Assembly (NCBI RefSeq): GCF_009914755.1
Contig: NC_060937.1
Source of the DNA: the human T2T-CHM13v2.0 reference genome, Homo sapiens
DNA: 64,000 nt
Strand: one strand, 5' to 3'
Shown: positions 1-16,307 of the stretch, one piece after another
Numbering within the stretch: the first letter of the stretch is position 1
Layout of the letters: the number at the start of each line of letters is the position of its first letter
The notes under the pieces: generated by a model
The model's database searches: none
What the model saw: only the letters and a program-made list of their open reading frames with translations
Told to the model about the DNA's origin: nothing
Translations under genes and position numbers: made by a program

Positions 1-900
1 GTATAATGGGTGGCAGTATATGAACATTTAAAACTCTTGAGAGGATATGGCACACCAGGGAGAATATTATGATGGCTCTCAGGAGGATAATACTAAGAGA
101 CTGAAATACACTCCTTAACAGGAGCCCCCAGAAATCAAACTGATTAAAATCAAATACAGTCATGCGCTGTATAGCAGTGTTTCAGTCAATGATGGACTGC
201 ATATGATGGTGGTTCCATACAATACTGTATTTTACTATACTTTTTCTATGTGTAGATATGTTTTGATATGAAAATACTTACCAATGTATTCCAATTGCCT
301 ATAATATTCAGTACAGTATCATGCTGTGCAGGTTTGTAGAGTAGAAACCACAGGTTATGCCCTATAGGCTAGTGTGTAGTAAGCTATACCATCAAGGTTT
401 GTGTAACTACACTCTATTATGTTCACAAAATCATACAATGACACATTCTTCAGAATGTATCCCCATGGTTAAGGCACACATAACTGTATATAAAAAATGT
501 GCCAGGAGAAGAATCTACTTGCTTTAGCGAAGTAGCTTGTATGTTGGTTTCTTGCAATCGAATTTCTACGAAACCAGATTTATTTATCCAAGTGCAGCAG
601 GAGGAGTTAGCTGTTGTGCACATTCCCCCTACTGTTTAGCCAATAGATAGCCCAAAGAAATCATGTTATCTATAACAACTTCAGCATGAGAATTTAAAGA
701 AGCTTTGTGGGCAGCTATAACTTTTGCAGTAAAGTTGTCTATAATAGCTAATATTTGAGACATATTTCTAATCATAACTTTATTTACATTTATGCCATAC
801 CAAGGAAGGAGCAGTCTACCAAAAGATGACCATTTAAAGGGATTTTGTGCCTGCTGGCAAATTTCTCTTTATTTCATAGTGAAAATTAACACGTATAAAC
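1..900 (-). pseudogene. env: Retroviral env TM-subunit relic (gamma-type)
   Basis: Manual minus-strand translation gives a furin-like EIKR|NLPAG (864-875), then WSSFGRLLLPWYGINVNKVMIRNMSQILA, an ISD-like SLNSHAEVVIDNMISLGYLLAKQ*, CX6CC CTTANSSCC followed by TWINKSG (594-620), and a membrane span FWGLLLRSVFQSLSIILLRAIIIFSLVCHILSRVLN (<155). Stops and frameshifts are present. Confidence 0.9.
157..486 (+). mobile_element. Tigger3a/Golem-type TcMar-Tigger MITE
   Basis: Termini CAGTCATGCG...CACATAACTG flanked by TA (155-156, 487-488); body matches the recalled Tigger3 deletion-derivative consensus. Confidence 0.85.
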
Positions 901-1501
901 TAATGTTCAGTTTCCAATTGATTATGGAGTGACAATGGTCCTGTTAAAATCCCTAATCCACATTGGTCCCTTATTTTCCACTTACTGAGACATAGAGTTG
1001 ACAACACATATGGTTAATTATTAAATTCTGCATAGATTAAAAATATTCTGTACATGGGCACAACAGACAGTTACGTGAAGATTCTGTGGGCCAGCAAACT
1101 ACGTACCAGACCTCAGAAGATCAAACTGCTGATAAAACCAGTTCTCACTCCAAAGACCCAGCAGATCAAATACAAATTCCAATATTAAGCTCAGAGCAAA
1201 TGAAAGAAATATTTCCTGAACAGGATGATCAACCCTATGTAGTAGACAAGTAGGCAGAACCTCAGAGAGAAGAGCCCATCACAGAGTTCTCTGTGGAATG
1301 CCTTGTCTGTTAGGGGTCATCAGTAGGGAAGCACAAGTATTATTTGTCAAAGGCTCCATTATTGAATAATCATGTGTTTGGAGGCTAACAGATAAGGAAT
1401 TGGGATTATAAATTTGTCTAAAAACTCTCAAATTATCTTTTTTGTTTGTTTGTTTTCTTATTCAATGTATGGCATAATTTAACTACAAAACCCTTACTAG
1501 G

Positions 1502-1829
1502 GGCAGGGCGCGGTGGCTCACGCCTGTAATCCTAGCCCTTTGGGAGGCCGAGGTGGGCGGATCACCAGGTCAGGAGATCGAGACCATCCTGGCTAACACG
1601 GTGAAACCCCGTCTCTACTAAAAAAAATACAAAAAAATTACCCGGGCTTGGTGGCGGGCGCCTGTAGTCCCAGCTACTTAGGAGGCTGAGGCAGGAGAAT
1701 GGCATGAACCCGGGAGGCGGAGATTGCCGTGAGCCAAGATCGCGCCACCGCACTCCAGCCTGGGCGACAGAGCGAGACTCCCGTCTCAAAAAAGAAAAAC
1801 CAAACCAAACCAAACCAAACAAAACAAAA
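1502..1829 (+). mobile_element. AluY with (CAAAC)n/(CAAAA)n tail
   Basis: Full dimer with AluY diagnostics (gagatcgagaccatcctggctaacacgg, gaatggcatgaacc); TSD aaaccct(t/c)actagg. Confidence 0.95.
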
Positions 1830-2249
1830 CAAACCCTCACTAGGTTTTGCCTACTCTAAGAATTAAGGAATCTAAAATACCTGAATCTAAAAACCTAACT
1901 CTATAGAAAGTACCAAATGTGCAATTTGAACAAATAGTCATACTTGAAATATCAGTGAAATTTGTTATGGGGTGAACCAGAGAACCTCTAACATCATTTA
2001 AGAATTTAGGTTTTATGCGACATATCCAACATTCAAGTAAGTTCCCAGTGGAAGCTATACATTATGAAATCTTAATTGTTGCCTAATCTTGCCAAGTAGA
2101 AATAGAAAAGAAACACAGGGCAAAGAAAAAAAGGAACAAAGGTTTTACGGTGACGGAGGAGATAAATCTTGATCTGTGATCTTGGGAAAGCCGTCCACAT
2201 CTAGAATGCTGTCTGCTTCTGAAAATAAACATCATGGTCAGTTTTACCT

Positions 2250-2900
2250 TGAGGTTTCCAATGAGTATACAGTTTTAAGAATCCAAAGGGGCTTTATTAA
2301 GCATAAGTCCCTAAAATTTTGCTGCAGAGAAGAACTTGGTACGGTCCCTTCGAATGGAGTTTAAGGGCAACATTTTTCTGATGTCTTTTCCAAAGGACAC
2401 AAACTCTGGGATCTAGATCACGAAATTTCTGGTGTCACCATTTGGTGGGTCATGAAGGGCTTCTTTTACCTGGTGAAGATATACTTTGCCTTAATGTACT
2501 AAAGCTTTGCCATACTGAGTCCTGTCAGAGTTTGTAAGAGCAGGTGACACATGAGGTTCTATTATTAGGAGAACAGGCCTTCTAGTAACTATTTTATAAA
2601 AGGTCAATCTATGTTTTCTAGTGGGAGTGGATCTGATCACCATCAATTGGTAATACTTTTGACCAAGGCAATCCAATTGATTCAGTTCGCTTTGTCAAAT
2701 GTTGTTGTGTTTGTAATATTTTGTTTATCTGTTTTACAACTTGCCCAATGAAACCAGTACCTCCAACACCGAAGATTTTTTCAGTAATGTTCCATAAGAG
2801 AAACACATTTTCCAACGACCTTTCAGCTGCTGTTATAACATTGGCCTTCCTGCCTGAGAAAGCTTCTCTATAACCAGAAAGCATGAATTGAAGCCGAAAA
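2250..2900 (-). pseudogene. pol: Retroviral integrase relic
   Basis: ORFs 2618-2959 and 2491-2676 read SGYREAFSGRKANVITAAERSLENVF..GTGFIGQVVKQ..GLPWSKVLP and IRSTPTRKHRLTFYKIVTRRP. A downstream GPY/F motif WKRHQKNVALKLHSKGPYQVLL lies at ~2327-2392. Catalytic residues are degenerate. Confidence 0.9.
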
Positions 2901-4056
2901 TTGAATGAAATCCATCTGTAAGTGTTTAAATAATCCAGCAGGTACCAGAAATGTATCACCTGAGGTTTTTGTTATCTTATCAGAATTATGAGTTTGAGAA
3001 ACAAAACATTGGTTATAAACCAGTTTAGCAATTTTAGAACTGTCACCACACTATTTATTTCACAACTTGTATAGTTTTATCTACCCTATGATAAGTCATA
3101 GAGCTTAATGGAAGATTTAAGGACCAGTCAGCCATTTGGGTTCTCTATGAGTCCACGCTTAACACTAGATTTACATGCTTTTGAATACAAGTTTTGTTTC
3201 TCAAATTCAGGTGTTTATCATAGGTAATTTGACTTGGGTCAGTCTTATAAAGTTCATTCAAATTGCATATGTTAACAATTTCAGTACTGGCTGGCAGCAT
3301 AAAAATCTTCTGAAGCTTTTCCTTGATATTCACTTAGTTCTCATTCTGTTTGATGTTGGGCTAGCAGACGTATGAACCAATCAGTTTCTTCGTTACAGTT
3401 CTGAGAATTCTTACTGAGATGAGTGGTATGATCTTAAAGTTGTCAGAAACCTGTACTTGTCAAATTCCTTTCCATGAATCCCCTTGAAGACAACGCATGT
3501 CAGATTTATAGTTGTTTGTAATAGCATTCAGGAAAAGACTAGAGTAAAACAATTAATTATTTGTGAATAATAATACTTAAAATTGTCATGGCTAAAGATC
3601 TAATGACAATTTACTATAATAATGATGCAATTGACAAGGAGATTTAATTATTTCTGTGATACACAATGTTTTAGGATAATACTTAGAATTATGACTCATT
3701 GCATACCAAGACTATCAGATTTCTGTGAATTTTATACAATTTATGAGACACACATTAATAATACACCAATACAAATATGACTCAAAGAAAGTTTAGCATT
3801 ACTCATTATTTGACAATGCTTCCCATATAATTTAATATATTAAATTAGCCCAATTAGCTTAACATATCTCTTTTCTATAAGGAAAGATATCCTTTTGAGA
3901 TGTTCTAAGGGTCCATCTCAAAAATTCCAAAGTTAATTTGAAGTCAAGAAAAAGACAATTTATAATTGGATTTTTGAAAGTTTGTCAAAACATCAAGGGT
4001 TTAAAACATTTGATCAAAATAAGATTATAGGTAACTGTAAAATAATAGTCATTTGT

Positions 4057-4385
<329 letters not shown>

Positions 4386-4850
4386 TTAACCAGATGGATA
4401 ATTGAAAGACTTCAAAGGCAAATGCAGAAAATTACATAGTTGGAGAAAAACCCTAACTCTGCAGAAACTGGACTGGTTCTCTAGAGAAGCACAGGTTCTG
4501 GGTCCATAGTTCTTATACATAAAATCGGCTGAAGTTCCAGATGCAGGGGTTCTAGTCTCCTTCAATCAAGACAAACTGATGATTCCCTGTATTCTAGTAA
4601 CCTTACCCACCTATTCTGAACCCAGCCCAGTTTTGGTCTGATCTGTCAGAAACCCGAGGCCTTCCCTACAAGACCCAGAACTGTTTCTGTCACCACTTCT
4701 GAAGCCAGTACAGACTTTTTTATTTTACAAATAAATTCAGAGGGATCAAAACACATGTTTGTGGAACTGAAATCTGAGAGAGAACTCACTCATGACCCCA
4801 GAGGGTACTTTTGTTTGGTTACTTGCTGCTTCTGGGGTGGGGGTCACTGA

Positions 4851-5173
<323 letters not shown>

Positions 5174-5198
5174 TTGGATCCTACTTCTAATGATGACT

Positions 5199-5941
<743 letters not shown>

Positions 5942-6027
5942 GCCATAAAGAAACAGTGCTAGCAAAAGATGGGACTATCCAAGATGTTCTGCACTAAATT
6001 GCAAGTTAAAAGGGGATTCGAAGGTAA

Positions 6028-6386
<359 letters not shown>

Positions 6387-9300
6387 TGAATAATCCTTTA
6401 TTTCATGAATAGTTGTTTTACAGTAATATGAATTACAGCATGTTAAAACATCAGTAGCTGGAAAAGGTGGAATTTCACCCTTATTAGTCAGTTACACTTT
6501 AGCATGAGTTCGTTTGTCAAATTATCAAGTTAGTCATTTAGTTTGTGCAGAGGAAGAGAAGATAAGAAAGAACAAAAAGCTAATTTTATCCATTTGTAGT
6601 CGTGCCTGAGAATGGCCTTAGATTATGGAGGGCTGGGCAAAAGGCCAATGAACACTACCCTCATATGCTCTATCTGGATGAAGCCAAAGACCATCCATCC
6701 CTCGTGGCCCAGATAAAAGACCCCCCTATGATCATCTCCCCCACACCCAGTAAATCATTCCTCCTCTGAAATCCTAGGAGGTTTTATTTACATCTCTTAA
6801 TGATATGTATAATCATTTACTTTGTATGATGGTTATTTGTTTGTATATGTTACTGTCTGCATGTATGTAAATATTTTTTACATGGATTATGTGTCCTATG
6901 AGAGAATAGCCGTAACCAGAATCCACTTGTGATTCCTCTTCATCATCTTCATGGTGTCTTACATAATCCCTTTCTATACACGCACTCAAAATATATTTAG
7001 TGATTGACTAAATAAATCATTTTTGAGAACTTTATCCACCTGTGAATTTCCTTTGCTTTATCCCTTTTATGATTTCTTTAGCAGTCAATTTTAAAGTCAT
7101 ACTCTAGACAGTTTAGATTGCAGGGCATAACAAATAGAAAAATTATACATAATTTTCTTTCCCGTTCATTTCAAATTGTTATGTGTAAATCCACACAGAT
7201 ACACATGCATCATATAAAATCATAAAACATGAAAATGCTCTTGGCTTCATTTTCCTTATTCCTGAACACCTGTGTTAATATCTATTCATGAAATAGAGGC
7301 AGCAGGTGAAAATTCACAAAACACCTCTACACATTCGCGCCAAAGCCAGAGTGTAGACCCTGGGTATTACAAACTCCAAGTCAGTCTTTCAGGAAAAGCA
7401 TCAGCTGGTTATCCAGGCCATCATACAAACTGGGCTTTTCCTTTTTATTTTTTATATGCTTTTTTGCATTATAGTTTGAGGCTGATGTATAGTGGGAAAT
7501 GATAAAATTCAGGAGGACTCTCCTGTTGAATGATAAGCATATTTTCTTTGATTCGCTCTGAGACAAAATTTTCAAATTCATTTTGAGATCAAGATTTTAA
7601 TGTCAATTATTACAGAAAGGTTCTAAAGAATGACTCATCCTGGATAGCATTCATTTTGTAATTCCAGTTCATAGATAGGGCTCTGTTTTCAATGCAGTCT
7701 ATGCATCTCAGCCGTATACTCCAAGGCAAACAGCAAACCTCATTTCAAAGGTATAAATGCTCCTCCAGGCTCTAATCTCTTCTGTGTAATGGAGCATTTG
7801 TTTCTCTTCAATGAACAGTAAACCTGTAATTCCCTTTAATCCTAAGTGAGGCTTGAAGAGCGAGGATTTCAGTTATGAACTCTCCCACCTACCTTCTATG
7901 GGCTTTTCATAGTCACAGAAGACCCTTCAGAATTTTCACAAATCCCAGAATATCTGTCCAGTTAGTCGCTAAAAAGATGCATCAAATGGAGTTGAATCTA
8001 AGTCAACTCCATTATCTGGGGACTTATGAACTGTGCTCAGATTTGGTTGGAATTTGTGACAGGCTGATGCCTGATCCCACACAACCCAATTCTAAAGCAT
8101 TTATGGTTAGAATTTATCTAAAATTGTAGATACAATGAAATGTATCTTCATATAGATATGGATATGGATAAAATAAATAAAAATATGGAGAAAAGCTTTT
8201 CTGATAAAATGCCCTCCTCCACTCTAAGCTTTGTAGAATTCCTAATATAAGGAAACATAGAAGTCTACTAGCAGATGAGAATAAAGTTTTTAATTAAATC
8301 CAGCAATAGCAGGAAAATAAGAGAAAAGAAAGAAAACAAGTACTTAAAAAGATCTTTTGCCCTTGGCAAATTTAAAAAGGAAATTGTCATTTTCTTTTGA
8401 GATAACATTTCTAGGCCAAAGACATTTTTTACAAGCCTGTTCCAAGCATATTTTAACTCTATGTTAGGGAATTTTGAATATTAGAACAATCCAAATTTTC
8501 GACTCCTTTGGGGCCAAGAGACTTAAATATTTGGGAACAATGTAGTTTCCATATCTTGTTCATCAAATAGAGGCCTTTGTGTGACTTTTGATTTGATCCC
8601 TGCACAAATTTACCTTTCTCACTACAAAGCTTGGGAAGTTGAACCGTGTGTGAAATTTATCCGCCAGTGTCTTTATGTTACAGATCTCAAGTAATTCTTC
8701 CATTGAGTTCTTCAGTGCAGCAAATGCACCATTCTACTCTAACAATGAGCCTCTGGAAATGATTTTTTTTTTTTCTAAATTTTAGTCCAAAGTAGTGACA
8801 TTAGCAATGTCAGTGAAGGATTAAAAGGAAAATATATTTTATCAATAATAAATTGCTCTCTTTTTCTTTTATAGATATTAATTAAATACTTATTGCTTAT
8901 AGCTACTAAAATTTAATTTTAGTGAAACACAACTCACAGAAAGACATGGAGTTATTATAAACTGGGGAAGATGGAGTTTGGTTTCAGTTTGATCTTTCTA
9001 ATTTCCTGCGCTAACCACTGATTGATTTCTCTTGGCACAGAACTAGACATGCAAGATACTTCCACTTGGGTGTTAATTAGAATCTTTACCTTAGGTGTGC
9101 TTCTAACAGTGTTTGCATATAACCCTTTCCTAATAGAAAATGTCTGCAATTTTAAAGCATTCTTACTTATTATAGATGAAGAGAGAAAGGGGAAGGGGAA
9201 GAGAGGACCTGCAGATGCGCAAGCGCGGGCAAAGGTAATTAGGATGATTAGGAGGAAGGTGTCTTTGGACAGAGCTAAATCGGTAGTTAGGGAATAAAAG

Positions 9301-9665
9301 AAAGGTAATTTCTGGTCCAGGATGGAAATCAGAACATATGATTTAATTACTCTGCTCTTACAAATGCCAATTGAAGTGACCCAAATAATAGGGTAGGGGA
9401 GAAGTGCAAATGAACCCTGGCAACAATGGAAGAGAGTCACTTACCCTCAGAGACATTGAGGAAATCACAAAAGATGTGGTGCGAGAAAGACAAAGGGGAG
9501 AGGAGAACCAGTAAACTGGAGACTCCATGCTTTCAGGGAAATGACTGTTTGTGTGTAGTGAGCGGACTCTTGTCTTGGCAAGACCATCCTAACAAATTTT
9601 GGAAAAAATGTACTGCTTAAAAGAATGAATAAGAGAATAAGATAAGATGGCACTTTTAGAATCAT

Positions 9666-10575
9666 TTTTATTTTTAGTTCTGGGGTACATGTGCAGGATG
9701 CGCAGGTTTGTTACATAGGTAAACGTGTGCCATGGTGGTTTGCTGCACCTATCAACCCATCACCTAGGTATTAAGCCCAGCATGCATTAGCTATTTTTCC
9801 TGATGCTCTCTCTCTCCCAACCCTAGCCCTTGACAGGCCCCAGTGTGTGTTGTTCCTCTCCCTGTGTCCATGTGTTCTCATTTTTCAGCTCCCACTTCTA
9901 AGTGAGGACATGCAGTGTTTTGTTTTGTGTTCCTGCATTGGTTTGCTGAGGATAGTGGCTTCCAGCTTCATTCATGTCCCTGCAAAGGACATGATCTCAT
10001 TTCTTTTTATGGCTGCATAGTATTCCATGGCATATATGTCCCACATTTTCTTTATTCAGTCTATCATTGCTGGGCATTTGGGTTGATTCCATGTCTTTGC
10101 TATTGTGAGTACTGCTGCAGTGAATGCACTAGGTACTGAATTCCAGAAAACATTTGATAATTAAATGTGCATGTATCTTTGTAATAGAATGATTTATATT
10201 CCTTTGGGTATATACCCAGTAATGGGATCACTGGGTCAAATGATATTTCTGGTTCTAGATCTTTAAGGAATCACCACACCATCTTCCACAGTGGTTGAAC
10301 TAATTTACATTCCACCAACAGTGTAAAAGCATTCCTATTTCTCCACAGCCTCGCCAGCATCTGTTGTTTCTTGGGACTTTTTAATAAAGGCCGTTCTGAC
10401 TGGCATGAGATGGTATCTCATTGTGGTTTTGATTTGCATTTCTCCAATGATCAGTAATGTTGAGTTTTTTTTCATGTTTGTTGGCTGCATTAATATCTTC
10501 TTTTGAGAAGTGTCTGTTTATGTCCTTTGCCCACTTATTAATGGGGTTGTTTGTTGGTTTGTTTTTCTAAATTTG
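9666..10575 (-). mobile_element. 5'-truncated L1PA (approx. L1PA8-PA11), 3' UTR and end of ORF2
   Basis: ttctggggtacatgtgcagg...catggtggtttgctgcacctatcaaccc...gagatggtatctcattgtggttttgatttgcatt is the reverse L1PA 3' end. Confidence 0.92.
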
Positions 10576-10636
10576 ATCCTACAGAAAAAGAAGGCTGAGA
10601 AATGTGCTGGATGCAGAAGCTCAGTGGGATACTATG

Positions 10637-10808
10637 TAATAGTAACAGTAACAACATCTAACACTGATACAGTGTTCAGTATATGCTGGGCACAGATTAA
10701 GTGTTGTATAGATGTTAACTCAATCATTGCAACAAACCTGTAGGTGAGTACTGAGATTATCCGTCTGTAAGGATTAGGAGAAACCAAGTCTTAGAGAGGT
10801 TAAGTGAT
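10637..10808 (-). mobile_element. MIR
   Basis: Reverse MIR core (gaggttaagtga, tgctgggcacag, attatcc). Confidence 0.65.
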
Positions 10809-10829
10809 CATGATAGGCTATAAGGAAAA

Positions 10830-12350
10830 TATATGACTGTCTCTCTGGACAAATAGATTCAACCCCAAATAATTAGAACTTAAAAGAGCTCTGAATTATA
10901 TGTCAGTTATTTAATAGATATCCTGTAATAAGCAACCAGTTAGAAAATACTATGGAGAAAAGAACCCCTTAACAATAACAACATAAAATGGTAAGAATAA
11001 ATTTAATAAGAATATGCAGGGTGTATAATGAAATTATGCAATTTTACTGAAGGACATAAATAAACCCATAAATAAAAAGAGGGGGATAACAAGTCCTGTA
11101 TGGGAAGACTTAATGTTATAACAATATTTCTTCTCCATTTCTAGTTAGTCCATAAATTAAATGTACTATTAATCAATATCTGATTATAATTTTGAGGAGA
11201 GGACAGACTTTAATAAAAGTATCTCTTTTGTTTTTAATTACAGAAATAACACACAAATGCATAATCTAATAATTTAAAAACCCTGTATTATGGAATTTGA
11301 CCTTACTCTTGCTCATCAGTCACCTTTCCCATGAAAGTGCAGAACATATGTGCATTATCTGTGTAGGTATTGAAATCATGAAGAACATTGGGAAGTAGAG
11401 TGGTGGCAAGAAAGACAATATTCCAGGCACTAAATTCCAGACAATATTTGATAATCATATCAAGGAGGTAGAACAAGGAGGTTACAGAATCTGAACATAT
11501 GATAACAGTCTTTGAAACAACTGAGTATTTTTTAGGCAAGAGAGATGAAAAATGACATAAAAATTGCTAAAGAAATTGAAGGTATTTATCTCTAGCTGGA
11601 AAGGAGGCTAGGACATAATTCATAGTTTATGCCTCTTAGTGCTATTTTATTTTATAATTATATATTCCCATTACTTTGATGAAAACAAAAATTAATTAAA
11701 ATATCACTGGTGAAAAGATGGATGCATTTGTCAATAGAATGCTATCATAATAATGTTAGATGATAAAATGTGGATGGATTGCTCAACAAATAGTGCTAAA
11801 ATAAATTGCTAACCACTGAGGGAAACACAGTTAGATATTTACTTCAAATCAAATCCCAAAGATCATTGCATATTAACCAAAAGTTTAAACATTAAAATAA
11901 TGAAATGAGTAGGAGCAAATATAGCTAAATATTTTCATGATCTTGGAATGAGAAAGGCTTTCATCCGCTTATCACCATAGAGAGCAACCCAAAAGAAATA
12001 AAATCAAAAATTAAAAAACAAAGAATAAATGAAGAAAATATGTTTGCAATGTAAGACAGATAAATGCTATTTAGAGATTAAGAATTGTTTTAAATCAACA
12101 AGAAAAACATGGACACCTCAATTAAAAATCAATAAAGAACATAAACAGGCAATTCATAAAGAAATGGGAACAGCCAATAAGCGTTATTTCTGAAAGTTCA
12201 GCATTGCTAGAACTAAAGGATATATACACTAAAACCATTATATGCTATAATTTGCATCTGAAAAAAATTTTAAATGTTTTCAAATAATATTTTCTAGTGC
12301 TGGTAAGTGCAGGAAAATGGACATTCTTGTACATTTCTGGTTGTAGTTAT
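10830..12350 (+). mobile_element. Old L1M (L1ME-like) ORF2 3' fragments, discontinuous
   Basis: A-rich decayed ORF2 motifs (tgggaagacttaatgttat, caacaaatagtgct, atgatcttggaatgagaaaggcttt, aacaggcaattcat). Confidence 0.6.
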
Positions 12351-12578
12351 GGACACAAGAAGAAAAGGGCAATTGTCTTCCCCTAATATTTCACATGAGC
12401 TTTAAATATTTGCTAAATCAATGAATTCATTAATAAAAGTATTTTTAAAGAATGAGGATATAAAAACTAATTTGAGCTTCATAAAAATTAACTTATAACA
12501 GACCCATTGTGTGAAACAGTACATAAGATTCTTGATATATCTTGTGTAATCTTTGCAATGAGGAGGGGACGATTTTTC

Positions 12579-12884
<306 letters not shown>

Positions 12885-13188
12885 TGATTTTTCACCCACT
12901 GGAATTCCTCTCACGGAAAGCACAGCTCATTTGTGTATTTGCTTCTTTCTTAACTGCTTTTACATTAAATACTCACATAACTGGTCACAAAATATAATCA
13001 TTAAACTCATCTGATGAGGCATTTTCTCGTTTTTAACCTTGAAGTGAACAGCAGGCATATAGAAAGTGAGATAGAAATAAAGAGCAGTCGCAACAGTGAT
13101 CAGAGACTGACAGGGCTCTTATTAATATCAACCAATCTCACACAATGATGAACCTGAGATTTTTTTTTTTTTCTTAACCAGTGAAAGA

Positions 13189-13913
<725 letters not shown>

Positions 13914-15706
13914 AACAGTGAAAGAACTGAGCTTCCCATGAGACAACGTAAGAGCACAGTATGAGAGTGTGGAGTCTGAGGCAGAAAGACTGTGAGGACA
14001 TGACCTGGGAATTCTCAGAAATCGTGGCAAGGAGTTTGGGATTTTAACAGCCCTGGATAATTATCCAGATCCTCAATGCCACAATAACAAAGACTGCATT
14101 TTGTAATCTTAACATTTTTATTATTCTTGTTTTTCATTTGGTGTGCACTTTTTTTTTTTTTTGCATCTAAATAATATTCTTTACCTTGAAAAGTACAAAC
14201 TGGCAAGGGCAAACATTTACGCAGGAAATATTTCCTGCAGAGCATTTTATGATCCACTTACATTACTAGATGCATTTTCCATTTTTCTATATAAAGATTT
14301 CATTTAGCACCCTAAGCCTACTTCCATTTCTTAATACTCCCCCGTGTTTAATGCTTGGCCTCCTTAGCTCATTGGTTGGCTGTGGTTTGTTTTGTTTTGT
14401 TTTAACAAATTGGAACCCAAGTCCTAGATCCTAGTGCTTGCAGTTTGATGCCATAGTGGCCTCATACTGTGGGGTGGAGTGAATGCTTATTGGCTTTCCA
14501 TCAAGCTACAGTTAGCCACCAACCCCCATACACACCCCAACTGATTACCTAGGAGGGTGTAAACTCTGAGGTTAATTAGACACCATTCACCTGGGAATAA
14601 TTACCAAGTCAGGTGACCTTATAAACAATTCACAACCTTCATTCATTGGTGGGACTCAAAATGCACTATTTGGTTTCTCATAGGTTAATTCAGTCCCTTG
14701 ATTCTTAAAATCCTTCATGGTTAGTTTGTAAATTAATCAAACTTCAAGGTCACTTTCCATTTATCTTTGTTGATTTCATAGATTATTTGATTACCTGAAG
14801 TTGTTCAAAGACCTAAAAAGACTTATGAATACTAGGTGTTTTGAATAAGATAATAATGGCAAAGAAAGGTGCAATTTCTGTAGGGAAAAAAGCCATAGTC
14901 ATACATTTTTTAATAAAAAAAAATTTGTTTTTTAATTGAAGAAAAAGAGTGACTATCCCAGAATTAAAAAGGCCTTGAAAGAGCCTAGCCAAACCTGAAC
15001 TGTCAGAATAGTTCTCAAGCAGACTTTGTTTAATTTATAAGTTTGTAAATTATATCGCTGCCCCTGCCTTTTCTTTCAAGGCCACAGTCAATGCCTATAA
15101 GATAAGAATCATAAGTTCCCACAGAGAATCACAAGCAACCAGAGACCTTTGGGGATCTCTTTCCTTTCTGAGGCCAGAGTCTCTGTGTGCTTAAGGGAGG
15201 GGACAGGACGGGTTTGTGGAGCCGCCAGAGGTAGCCTCTTGCTTGCTATATTTCACCTGACATGTTGTAGATGTAAAACCATAACTGTTCCTCCTCCAGT
15301 AAGACAGTCCATTTGCTCAGTTTCTAACAAATATATTTTCCCACTTTGTAGCATTTATCATCCTTATTCCACAATGTTTTATAATAATTGTACCCCAGGC
15401 TGTATAGATAACCTGAATAAAATATGTTAGTTTGACAATCTTTAAAATTATGACTTTCAGATGACACATGTGTGTGCACATATCCTAGCATCTTACAGAA
15501 ATAGGCCTCGATGCAGAGAAGCAAAGTGTCTGAATGGGACAAAAAGGAACTTTTGACTTTAATTTCTTTATACACTGGTTCTTGCTCAGAGTGCTACATG
15601 TGTACACATAGGCCACTGGGCAGTACAGAATTCTCTTTTCTGGTCCTCCAGACATAATGAGGCTTGCCTGAGTTCTAGAATGAAGACAGTTATGACCACA
15701 TTTACC

Positions 15707-16050
15707 CATTCATTTAGTTTTCATTCAGTTCTTCATGGCATATTTATTGAGCACTTACTTTGTGTCAGGCAGGATGGAAAGTACAGGGGACATAGAAAAG
15801 ATCATGGAGGATGAGAAGGATAAGGCATCTTCCGTAGCAGAGTTTACATGTCTATATAGGAGTCAGACAATTCAAAAGTGTGGAAATAAATAGCCAAGAA
15901 TAATTAAGCTTATAGTAAGGAGTAAGAAAGAGAGTTCTAAGGCAAAGGGTATCTTGGATGGGTGGAGGGTCAGAAAAAGCCTTTCCAAAGAAATGGTATT
16001 AAAGCTGAGACCTGAAGAATTAAAGAAATAAAGGAGCCAGTCACACAATT
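15707..16050 (-). mobile_element. L2 3' fragment
   Basis: cattcatt...atatttattgagcacttactttgtgtcaggc, followed by L2-like gtcagaaaaagcctttcc...aagctgagacctgaag. Confidence 0.75.
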
Positions 16051-16054
16051 CTAA

Positions 16055-16307
16055 CATATTTTAGTAGCAGAACTCTTTTTAAAAATGAAATCATTAGTAG
16101 AATACCACTCAAAAGCAAGTAAAATAGACTTGCTCTGATGGAAGCTATTTAGGGCTTCTGCTCTGCTCACTCAGCCTCTCTTAACCAAACCCAAGGAGGC
16201 CCTGGATATTCTTGGAGACCTTTTTCTAGTATCAGGATGAGCTGTCTCAATAAATAATCCTCAAAAAATAATCCAGGGCTTCGTGGAACGTGGTTTGAAA
16301 ACCACTG
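16055..16307. mobile_element. Probable hAT-Charlie MITE remnant
   Basis: Ends in gtggtttgaaaaccactg, the reverse of a CAGTGGTTTTCAAAC-type TIR; left terminus unclear. Confidence 0.45.

Noticed and set aside
8955-9440. Longest ORF in the track (161 aa, minus strand)
   Set aside because: No recognisable domain, promoter or exon context; compatible with a chance ORF in 64 kb.
14357-14440. gcctccttagctcattggttgg resembles a tRNA 5' end/A-box
   Set aside because: No cloverleaf, T-loop/B-box or acceptor stem; at most a very decayed tRNA-derived SINE head.
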